From Takakia lepidozioides (taxonomy: Eukaryota; Plantae; Bryophyta): 64,000 nucleotides of DNA. Position numbers and translations under genes: made by a program. The notes below the pieces were generated by a model. That model did no database searches, was not told the origin of the DNA, and saw nothing but the letters and a program-made list of their open reading frames with translations. This document shows, one piece after another, positions 12,321-22,965 of the stretch (its first letter is position 1; the number at the start of each line of letters is the position of its first letter). The stretch is taken from the NCBI GenBank assembly GCA_030704615.1, contig CM060733.1, forward strand, positions 66,712,001-66,776,000. Reading direction: 5' to 3'.

Positions 12321-12994
12321 AACAGTGAGCGAAGAGAACATTTTTTTTTTTGGGGCATTTATGATTGGTCCAAATTTTGGCGGGGGAGTAGTAGTGGGAT
12401 GTTTGAAGCCGCAAAACAAAACTGAGCCAAAAACAAAATTGATACGTGCAAGATACCCCCAATGTAAGGCAGTGCAAACCTATTTATTGGCTTGATAATT
12501 GTTATATAGGGTTCTACCAGTAAATGACACTCATTTCCAAAATCGGTCAAAGAGTGCACTCCTGCACCATCCAGAACCGTTCGATTGTGGCCATATCGGA
12601 TATCAACGGCGCCGGAAATTGATCTGCAAGACAATGTATCGCATTGTCCCTCATATTACTCTGGGGCCTCTTCCATGGTACATTGAACATACTGGCCAAG
12701 TCTCAAAGCGAACCAAAATCATTTCGATGGCCAACCATCCATTGAGCCATTGAATGAATTTCGATTGATCTGATATTAGTCCGGGACCTGTGAGAGGATG
12801 TCTCAAACGTACAGGCAAAGTTTGGAAGCAAACAAAAATGATTTGGATGGGCAACCATCCGTTCACCCATTGAATGTATTCTGTTGGATCTGCTATTACT
12901 TTGGGACCTGTTGGACTGCGTTTCGCGTGCTCATGTTTTTTTTTTCATTCCGTTTTTTAATGGGGCGTGTAATGACTCCATATGCAACGTGCGT

Positions 12995-13570
12995 ATTACT
13001 GGCGGTCGCTGCATTTTGAAAAAGAACAATTACAGCGACCCCCAGTAATGGCGGTCGCTGCATTTATAAAAACAAAAAAAAACTTCAAGCGACCGCCTGT
13101 AATGGAAGTGAGGGGAGAACGAGTCGGAGCCCTTTCCCCCCTGCCTCACTCCTCGCTCCATGTGCAAGACACACTTCGTAGAAGCGACCGCCACCTTGGC
13201 GGTCGCTCCATTTTTATTTTCAAAACAATTAAAATAAAAGCGACCGCCATGTATCCCCCCCCCCCCGGTCATTCCTCGCTCCACGCGCAGGACAGACCTC
13301 GTAGAAGCAACCGCCACCTTCGCGGTCGCTCCATTTTTTTAAAAACAACGACCGCCAGTAATGGCGGTCGCCCCATTTCCAAAAATAAAAAAATAAAAGC
13401 GACTGCCATAGTGACGGTCGCTGCATTTTAAAAAATAAACATTACAGCGACCACCAGAATGGCGGTCGGGGAGAATGACTGGGAGCTTATATGCCCCCCG
13501 CCTTATTCCTCGCTCCACGCGCAGGGCAGACATCGTAAAAGCGACCGCCAACTTGGCGGTCGTTCCATTT
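12995..13570. repeat. GCGACCGCC/GGCGGTCGC palindrome array (family 2), inverted relative to 16540-16750
   Basis: 13200-13470 is the reverse complement of ~16540-16745, including CTTCTACGAGGTCTGTCCTGCGCGTGGAGCGAGGAATG. Confidence 0.85.
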
Positions 13571-13828
13571 AAATAAAAATGAATGCACAGTTGGAAGCAT
13601 GGCACAATTGTTCTCCATTCCACAAGCAAATCACCGAACACAAACATGAGCAAGTGACGGCCGACATTTTGGCTGGTATACACATGGGCAATATCTTTTA
13701 TTTTCCAACACATACACAACAGCAATACAATTACTCATAGTGACAATGATCACACTGGTATTACTTCACTACAGAAATATAAACATGTCCACTAAAATGT
13801 GCTGATGCATGCCTACAGCTGTTTTGCT

Positions 13829-16535
13829 TCAATTTCTACTGCTTCCACGGCGGGACGAAGAAGATCCTAATCCTAATGCTCCGATGGGTTGAAGATCCGG
13901 GTCACCCTCGACTTCACCACCGTTGCCATGATGAGTGCTGGAATCGTCCTTCCTATCCGACCTCATATGTCCAGGCCTTTGAATCTGCAAGCGACCTCGA
14001 ACCTCATTTAGTTCTCTCTGAGGTCGACTCCCACTCCGGTCTTGAATATTATCCACAGTATCTGGCCTGTTTGTGGGCCGATCGCCTACAAAAGGTTGGA
14101 CTATTCTCTGTCGTTTATGGACTTGGGACGCAATCGAAGGTGGTCTTGAATGAGGTACCGGATGGGGGTATGCCCGAGATGGACCGGCATTAGATGGTCC
14201 GGCATGTGAGGAACCACGGGTCTGCTGCGCAACACTTCGGTTAAGGTGGAATTGTAGTGACAGGTTATCATCATCCAAGGCTTCAACTTCTGTCCGGTCC
14301 AATGCAGTAGAATGATGCGTGCGTGTAGAAAACAGATCAATCCTATTGCTCCTTAATGCCCGCTGTGTTGATGGAGAGCTAGATCAGTTTTGGCATTGTG
14401 GTGGAGCTGGTCGTATCGGTGAGGCATGATCCCGTCCCGTTGACTGTACAATGGGTTCGATACCATCGTTTGTATGAACAGGGTTGCGTACATCGATCGA
14501 TCCTGGCAGCACATCACCCCTAAGCTCCATTGGGGCACTACCGGTGGCTTCAGCGTGTAGTGGGGGGCGAGGGTCGACCCCGACTTCATTTTGAGGACCA
14601 TGTTCTGGGGATGACACAATTGCAGCTTCACCTTCATCTGCGATACGCACTTATTCAAAAAGGTCATCAAAGGTCGGCTGGATATAAGCATCCTCCTCTG
14701 TGAATGTAAACGGGTCATACGCATTTTCGGGAGCATCATCGGATCCATCTTCACTATCGGAGGCAGATGATTCCCTCTGAGATGATTCTCTCTGAGGCTC
14801 AATATCGTCACTCATCCAATCAGCCTCAGAAGCAGAGTTTTCGGAATGCAAATTTCTCTCATACCATGCTGCAGCATCATCCGCTGCCCTCTCACGTAGC
14901 AGTCGGCAATTGGTATACACATACACCAATTTGTCAGCCCTTGCGGGATTCAACCTGTTGCGAATCTTGTTGTGAACAAATGAGTAACTGCTCCAATTGC
15001 GTTCGCAAGATGAGGCAGAGCACACTTGAGCAAAAATACGCTTCGCAATAAGAGCCAATGTTCTTGTTCCAGCTCCAATCAGATCTCACCATTCATGTGG
15101 CAAAATATTGAGCTCTTTAGGATCCGGCATGTCCTCAAAAGGATCGCGGCGATCTGATAAGCATTGGTATTCGGATATAGCTCTCTCTGCATGGTTTGGC
15201 AGAGCCAGTCTGCCTCCTATATATTGCCAAAGGGATGTGGTGTGTACGGATGAACGACACAACAGTCTTCGCTCGCTTGACAAGCACGTCCAATCCTTGA
15301 GGCATCATCCCTTCTTCTTGGAACCTGAATTTGCGGACAGTGTTGAGGATGCATTTTATGACGATGGTTCGAACGGACTTGCATTATGCGGGGGCTTTGC
15401 TCAATCCATTTTTACTCGACAATACCATGCTCCGAGACGACGCTGATGCCAATCGAGGCGAAATGTTTTGTCACTAACTTCTTGATGGTGGATCGGTTGG
15501 TGACGGTGAAGAGCAGTCTGGAGCACACCATCATCGATCCTCAATGAGATGCGTACACACGGACATTGCGGGACTCCAGAAAAGCCAAGTCATTGGGCAA
15601 AAGTCGAAAAATTCGAAATAACATTCGCAGCGATGATTTTTGGAAGAAATGTGAAAACTTTGTTTATATGGTAGAGCCGGTGTTAATCGTCTTGCGGGAG
15701 TTTAATGGAAAGCAACCAGTAATGGGCAAGGCATGGTTACTAATGCAAAATCTTGAGAGTTGTTTCACCCACTGTTCTTTTCCCCAATCTTCCAAAAGGA
15801 GGTCAAGGATATGAGCAGCACAACCTTGATAGTACATATGGGGATAACGTGCCAACAACATGTCTGCAGTGTTTCTCATGTTAGCGGCATTGTCTGTGCA
15901 TATTTGCACGATTCTATCACTTCCGACCCGTTCGATGAAGTCCGTCAATAGTTGGCATTGATAACGTCCATCTTTCTTCTCGCCGCTAGTGTCGACCGAT
16001 CCCAAGAATTGTTCCCCAGCTGTACATACGAGCATGACATTGAACAACGGTCTGTTTGTAACAGAACTCCAACCATCGGCACATATAGTGCTTCCATATG
16101 TTCTGATGCACTCACCCGTCCTATCATTGACCTTTTGGGTAAGTTCGGTCATGGCGTCTTCTAGCAATCCTGTGCGGAGATTGTGATAAGTCGGAGGCAC
16201 GTACATGGATCTGGACTCCGAGGTTGCTCTAACGGCATAAACAAATGTCGGAAGCCTTGCCACATTAAATGGTATGTTGGCCTCGAAGAAAAACTGCGCC
16301 CATTTTTTATCCAATTGTTTTTTCGTAGACAAGTTAAGACCTTTCTGCATGGATTGTTGTCGTAATCCTCTACTCCGTTGAAGTGTAGGGGTACAAAGAG
16401 GTGTTGAAGCAGGTGTTGCTCCGGCACAACCCACTTGTCCAAGGACACCCGAAGCCTCACAAGAGCAAGGGCAGGGTGTTGGGTTCAGCGAGATTTCTCA
16501 CGATTACACTTGGTGGGGAGCAGGTGTTTCATGTA
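13829..16535 (-). pseudogene. Second hAT transposase pseudogene (family 2), internally scrambled
   Basis: ORF 15664-16434 (DKKWAQFFFEANIPFN..ICADGWSS..VQICTDNAAN..GCAAHILDLLLEDWGK) and ORF 14651-15058 (CSASSCERNWSSYSFVHNKIRNRL). The C-terminal tail 13829-14650 is homologous to 5930-6690. 15272-15755 is in plus orientation. Confidence 0.93.
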
Positions 16536-16539
16536 GATG

Positions 16540-17690
16540 GCGACCGCCATTTCTGGCGGTCGCTGTAATGGTTATTTTTTAAAATGCAGCGACCGCCATT
16601 ACTGGCGGTCGTTTTTTTTTTTCTAAATGGAGCCACCGCGAAGGTGGCGGTCGCTTCTACGAGGTCTGTCCTGCGCGTGGAGCGAGGAATGAGGCGGGGG
16701 GGGGATATACATGGCGGTCGTTTTTATTTTAATTATTTTGGAAATGAAGCGACCGCAGTTACTGGCGGTCGCTTTTTTGTTTCTTGGAGGAAAATGGGGC
16801 GACCGCCATTAGGGGCGGTCGCCGGTATTGTTGTTTTTTGTAATTGCAGCAACCGCCATTATTGGTGGTCGCCGATATTGTTGTTTTTTGTAATTGCAGC
16901 GACCGCCATTAGTGGCGGTCACTTTTTTAAAAATTTGGTTGGAAATGGAGCGACTGCCATTTGTGGCGGTCGCTTTTATTTTAATTATTTTGAAAATGAA
17001 AAGGAAGCAACCGCCATTACTGACGGTCGCTTTTATTTAAATGTTTTTGTAAATGAAGGGACCGCCATTACAGGCGGTCGCTTCTCTATATTTTGGAGGA
17101 AAATCAAGCGACCGCCATTACGGGCGGTCGCTGCAATTGTTTTATTTTTTGTAAATCCAGCGACCGCCACTACTGGCGGTCGCTTTTATTAAAATTTTGT
17201 TGGAAATGGAGCGACCGCCATGACTGGCAGTCGTTTTTATTTTAATTGTTTTGAAAATCAAGCAACCGCCATTACTGGCGGTTGCTTTTATTTTATTTTT
17301 TTTGAAAATGTCTGCTCAGCTGTACCTTGGTGGTTCTCACAGACCAATCGGACATTATCTGATTACAGACATAAGCAGTACACACAAGAGGTCCTTTTGG
17401 ATTGATGGTCGGTCAAATCCTCCATGGGTCATGACACAAGGTCAAGGACAATGTGGACCGCCATTACTGGCGGTCGCTTCAATTCTTAATGTCTCCGTAA
17501 ATGTAGCGACCGCCTATGTTGGCGGTCGCTTATTTATTTTATTTTCGGAAAATGGAGCGACCGCCTGTTCTGGCGGTCGCTTATTTTAATTTTTTCCGGA
17601 AAATGGAGCGATCACCAGTTCTGGCAGTTGCTTATTTTTTAATTTTCCGGAAAATGGAACGACCGCCAAGTTGGCGGTCGCTTCTAGAAG
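16540..17690. repeat. Long array of 24-bp palindromes GCGACCGCC-N6-GGCGGTCGC with ~26-bp A/T-tract spacers
   Basis: About 19 copies, e.g. 16749, 16799, 16849, 16899, 16950, 17007, 17058, 17108, 17160, 17211, 17262, 17506, 17557, 17608, 17659. Confidence 0.92.
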
Positions 17691-18050
17691 ATTCGCCCTG
17701 CACGTGGCCCGAGGAATGGGGGGGGGGGATATAAGCCAAGGGAGGCTCATTCTCCCCTCACTTCCTCTCCACACAACTTTTGTGTGCGTGACACTTCATT
17801 ATTCCACGACACGTAGTCACGTAGAGAAAGAGGACATTGGTTGGGTGGGGGGTATTTTTTGCCGCGATTTCTGTGAGGTCGTTGCAGAATGCTCCCATAG
17901 GCCCTCCTCTGGCTTCCAGGATCATTTTATTCTACAAAATTAGCTTTTAGGAACTATTTTGACACCTACTCAAACCTACTTAACGGGGGAAGGGTTTAGA
18001 GTTACGGCTTATTAGAAAACCTCGTTTAGTGTTGCTTCGATTGTTGCAGA

Positions 18051-18325
18051 ATGGCAGAGGGCTAGGACGATGACTGTCATGGAAGAGATGATCCCAATGA
18101 ACATGGACCGCCCCCTAAGAAAATCAAAGGGTCAAGGCAAGACTTGAATTGAGAAGTATATAGTGACCCTAGCATACTAGTAGAAGAGGGCTAGGAGGAT
18201 GTTCCGGAAGAGTTTAGGTGGCCGATGGCGAGATGCAAAAAATTCGTGAAATGGTACCACATCAATCGATTGTGGCCTTTGGATAGGCATGACGTGCAAA
18301 CCCAAAACAATTACGCAGAGTCTCC
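18051..18325 (+). pseudogene. 5' fragment of the family-2 homologue of the RING-gene N-terminus
   Basis: MAEG*DDDCHGRDDPNEHGPPPKKIKGSRQDLN*EVYSDPSILVEEG*...CKKFVKWYHINRLWPLDRHDVQTQNN matches MAEEEDRGGHPRDDDNEFGPPKKKPKGARHELRWDIYNDPNILAEPGW...CRKFV..HINRLWPRDRHDPQTKQN at 7633. Confidence 0.85.
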
Positions 18326-18668
18326 CAGTTGTACTGTCAGGAAATGCAGGTTCATTCTCTCAACCATATGACTTTACCCACCTATCTCAGCAACAGCGAT
18401 AAATCCTACATATTGTTTAGCCACCATCTTCACAGTACTTTTTTTAACTGACCAATTTCAATAAGCAATCTTGAATTCCATAAGATCAAAAAGAATGTGT
18501 GTCATCTTTGTGCTCAAACATTGCTGTTAGACCCTCAGGCATGGAACTTAGCAAGGCATTTTTCAAGCTCACTCTCGCTTTACGAAATCAATGTGAACCT
18601 CTGGAAACTTGAACGTCTGCAGGCCTATAATTCTGGAAATAATAATCAAAATCTTTATCCATGTGCAG

Positions 18669-19873
18669 GTTTTTGAGTGTGAGAGACGAAATTCACAGTA
18701 TGGAATATCTGCATACGCACTCGGGACCTTGCTATCATGCCTGCCTTTCCTTTTCCTGATGTCTCTGGTGTCCTCATGCATAGTGTACTTCCTCGTGGAG
18801 CTGCATGCAGGATTTGGGCACTTCATGTATTTCGTTTGTATTCTCTTCTTCAGTCTGCTGGTAGTTGAGAGTTTAATGGTGGCCATCGCAGCTATAGTTC
18901 CAAACTATTTTGTGGCCATGGTTGTCGGAACTGGATTTCAGGTATGCATCATGCTAGTGTCTTCGCCATAGAACATGCATTGAATTTCAACTACCAGATC
19001 TCAAGTGTTGTTTGCACATCTGTAGTAGGGGACATCATCGCTACAACATAAGCCACATGTTGAAATTTTTTGGCAAATCATTTCTATTGTGCTTAGAACA
19101 TGAACTGAACAAAAAGCTCACCACAGTTAAATATGTAAATCTGTGTGCGGTAGTCTTCAAGTTTTAGCATAACCTCTACAAATGCCAACACAATTTCTAA
19201 ATAGACATTGCAGAGCATATTTATGCTAGTTGGGGGCTATTTCTGACTTGCCCGTGACATTGCAAGGCCTATTTGGACATATCCACAGTCATACATCTCC
19301 TTCCACACATATTCTATTGCGGTAATTCTCAGCCCCATCTTATGCTTTGCTTTGCCAGATATATTATGAAGGGCTTAGCTCTATTCTGGTGGTCTGGGCT
19401 GTGTTTTATACTTCAGCAGGCAAAGGCTTTTTCTAATTAGCACTCCATCCCCAGTTTGGTTTGGGCAAAAAGAGGAAAAGTGGTGTGAGAATACAAAGAA
19501 CTGAATTTCAGGCACATCCCTATTGCAGAGAGAAACCCACAAACTTTTCACTGTCCACATGGATGCCATTTTGGATTTGACAGGGCATGTTTGAGAATGA
19601 ATTCAGGGGCTTAACGGATCTTCACAACAGTCTCCAACTTCCAGGCGCTATGTACAAATTGGAGCGTCCTGGAAAGTGAAAAGATGTGGTTATTATCTTA
19701 TGCATGGCTGTATTTTACCATGCTGTGTTCTATGCATTCATTTCTCTATACCAGTACACCCAGCCCCTGCTGGATTCCTTCAAGCTTCAACGACAGCAAA
19801 GATGGAGACCCTGAAGCATGGTTACTTTCCTGGCTCAAACCACTGTTGCTTTCTGGTGAAACTAGACCATTAG
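18669..19873 (+). pseudogene. ABCG half-transporter (WBC/ABCG11-like) 3' exons, pseudogene
   Basis: GT-AG exons: 18669-18941 (VFECERRNSQYG..LVVESLMVAIAAIVPNYFVAMVVGTGFQ), 19214-19321 (SIFMLVGGYF*LARDIARPIWTYPQSYISFHTY, TGA at 19244) and 19584 onward (GMFENEFRGL). The NBD exons are absent. Confidence 0.85.
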
Positions 19874-20309
19874 CAGTCAGGAATCCGTATATTACAAAGA
19901 GTGTAGTCTCAGGTGCAAGAATATTTATAGAACAAGTTAATTGTTTGAAAAAACACTCCAAGAACATCTCGAAGATCTTCACTTTGGTGATCACACAATC
20001 CATTTCGAGAAATAGTTGGGCTATGAAAGCTATGAAAGCTCCTTTAAAAGTATCAACCTTTGGGAATGTCTTCCATGCTGAGCTTGGCAGAGAGGCAACA
20101 TTGTTATCCCTTCTCAAACCTCAAAAAAGATAAAAGAAACACGTAGTATAGAGAAATCATTGCACCAGATACAACATGTGGTCATTGTGGGCAATCCACA
20201 TGGTCAATGTGTCAATGGATTGACCATGCACATTCAACCTTTCAATGTGCATATTTTATTTTCTTGCCTCACGAAAGTTTAGGCTTCATTTGTCAACATA
20301 GAAGATGAC

Positions 20310-21340
20310 TGTCGCGCACCTCACTTCGGTAAACTCCCCTTCAAGTCGTAGTTACTCGCTTTGATTCGCGCGCCTAACTCCCAAACTGGCCGCCGGGCCA
20401 ACTCGGAGCTTCGGCTGCTCACCGGGGCATAACGGTCCCCCTTGCACCTCCAAAAGACCATCCACCACTTTGGGCCTAATATCAATTCCCTTTGATAGAT
20501 GGCAGTCCGGAATAGCTCCCCACACCTTGGTCGCTTTTCGGCTCGCACGCTTACTCACTAGCTTTTGGTCACCAACGGGCTTGCACCGTTCTCAGGGTTA
20601 CTACTCCCTATATATACTTTTGTAGGTGTCCGCGGGGGTTCCACAACTAGCCAAGTCCAAATCTGGTGCACCACCACCTAGACCCTCGACCTCTTGTGGT
20701 GAGTCGCGATGAGTCTTGGCCCACCTACCACGGCCCCAATGGACCGCGGTGAGTCCCAAGACTCCCCACGACTCCCACCACAAAGCCTCAGCCTCATGGT
20801 GAGTCCTATTCCACCCCCACTACGACTCCCTAAGCTACCACCACCCCTCGTGGAGCCCCCCCACCGCAACCCGGTTTGCGGGGCTCCACCTAGTGAGCGC
20901 CTCCATCTCCGGCACTCAAGGGTGCTTCAGCCCCTTTTCCTATTCGCTACCGTTGCCCCCACCACAGGGGCAGCCCCTCTTGTGTCCCGACCCCCCGTCC
21001 TCAAGGCGAAGGGCCCGCGACACACACCCTTATCAACGAGGAATCGATGTCCTCATCGACTTGTCCTTTTTTTGTGGAAACTAACATCCAAGTTGTGGCA
21101 TCCCACATCAAGGAGTTTGTTTCCGTACATGGCGTCCCATGACAAAGAATCAAACCCTCACTTGACTCTACTCCCCACTAGCTAGTTTGGCCGACTTCCT
21201 CCAAGTCATGGCCAAGGATGGAGCTTCTCAAACTCCACCCAGTGCACTCTTCTTGGCCCTCTTCATGGCCAAGGAACGATCCTCTTCGGGGATCGAATTG
21301 CCTTATTGCAACAACATTGTTTGCGACTGGTTGTGATGCC
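20310..21340 (-). mobile_element. Truncated Ty3/gypsy 3' end (LTR 20310-21022, PPT, part of the 3' UTR), same family as 34491-41458
   Basis: Diverged reverse complement of 40420-41458, with TGTCGC...GCGACA termini. Confidence 0.9.
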
Positions 21341-22965
21341 TATGGAATACTATTTGGGCGGTGACGGGCACGGTGTCATGGTGACGGCTCACAACGTCCA
21401 TCACCATGTGGGACGAGCCACGAAAGCCGTCACCATTAACGGCGACGGACTCTCTGAGCTGTCTCCGTGAATGTGGCACAACTACCAAGTAATGCCAAAA
21501 ATAATTTACATGTAACTTATAGATTTTAAAGCAAGATTTTCTCCTGCTCGGGTACATGAGAATTGCTGCCCAGAGGGAACATGAGGAAAAGAAAACGGTT
21601 GTATATGCAAACGTGCATCAAGGTGCAGATGCAGGGCGCGCAGACTCTAGCATTCCTTGTGAATCGACAGCGACAAGGAATCTGTGGGTAGATGTTCTTC
21701 ATACTAGCTCTCTGTTTCCCAGACCGCACACCAGGTTATCAATCACTATGTTCGGTTGCTCTGTGGACACTAACTAAAAAGAAACTAGTCTGGAGGAGGA
21801 CGCAGTTGCTGTCGTCTGAGTCCCATCACGGCCATGTCTGTGCACTATCGCTGCCTTTCTCGGCGCTGGCCTCCTCTTTTGGGATTCAGATTGCATTCCA
21901 TTTCTCGTCTGGCGCACTTTTTCTCTGTTGTTCCTCAAATACAGGTATTACGCACGCGCTCTCTCTGTCTCTGTCTCTCTCATTTCAGTTCATTTTATTA
22001 CTCGTGTGTGATTTCTGGAGTGCATCGTGGTACTATCAATGTCTACTCCCCTCAATGCACCTGCTTCGTGTGTGGTGGAGCACAATGTAATTTGGATCGG
22101 ACGATTAGCATACAGTTTTGTTCAAATTCTACAGAAACCATCCTAGTGTTTGTGTGCACCTGTACAACGCAATGTTGACTACGAAATTCTTGCCTGCCCT
22201 CTCCGTTTTATAATGTCAGATCGGAAAGTTGAGCAATTTTGAAGTGCGAGGTTCTAGAAGGGTTACCACTTTTGGTAGGGAGTTGAGGGGCCAATCTTCT
22301 TAAATCTTTTTATGTGACTAGCTATGTAGGTTGCAGAATCTTTTTGCGTTGGCCCTAAATCTAAAAGGTTGCAGGGTTTGGGGTTTAAGGTCTGAGTGCT
22401 CTTAGAACATTCACAGCCTGCATTAGCTTTCGTGTACACTAACGTGTTAGATAGGAGTGCCCTTCAGTGTGATGATGCCATGTTCAAGAGCTGTCCATTG
22501 GATTTCCTGGCTTACAGGTTACCGAAAAGTCTACTTGTTGTCGAGATGTTCCCTACCTGTGTTAATGTGTGTCCACTTCTAGTTCACAATGTTGATCTCG
22601 TTTTGTATATAAGCTGCCTGGTTGCCCTCTCATTTTGATCATGCTGCATAAGATCGCTATACATTCGACTTTTGTGCCTCAACAACTTCCGAGTTGCAAG
22701 ATTTAGGGTTCAAGGTCTTCATGCTCATTGTATTGGTTATTGCTTGAAGATCTACCTCGGGAATTCAGTAAAGACTATGTGCATACTTCATGGAGATTTC
22801 AAGTATCATTTGAATTGCTAAACCATCTGTTTGAGTCTTCAATTTGAGGGCCTGAAATTTCTGGATTACAGACATGAAGAAACAAATGATGTGGTAGTAG
22901 GGGGCTGGCAGCAACTGTGGCAACAGGGCTGCCCACCAGGACTCTCATTCGGAGGTGGTGACAAG

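Noticed and set aside
16540-17690. CRISPR array (palindromic repeat plus spacers)
   Set aside because: The spacers are mutually similar A/T tracts, the repeats are degenerate, there are no cas genes, and the context is a eukaryotic transposon.
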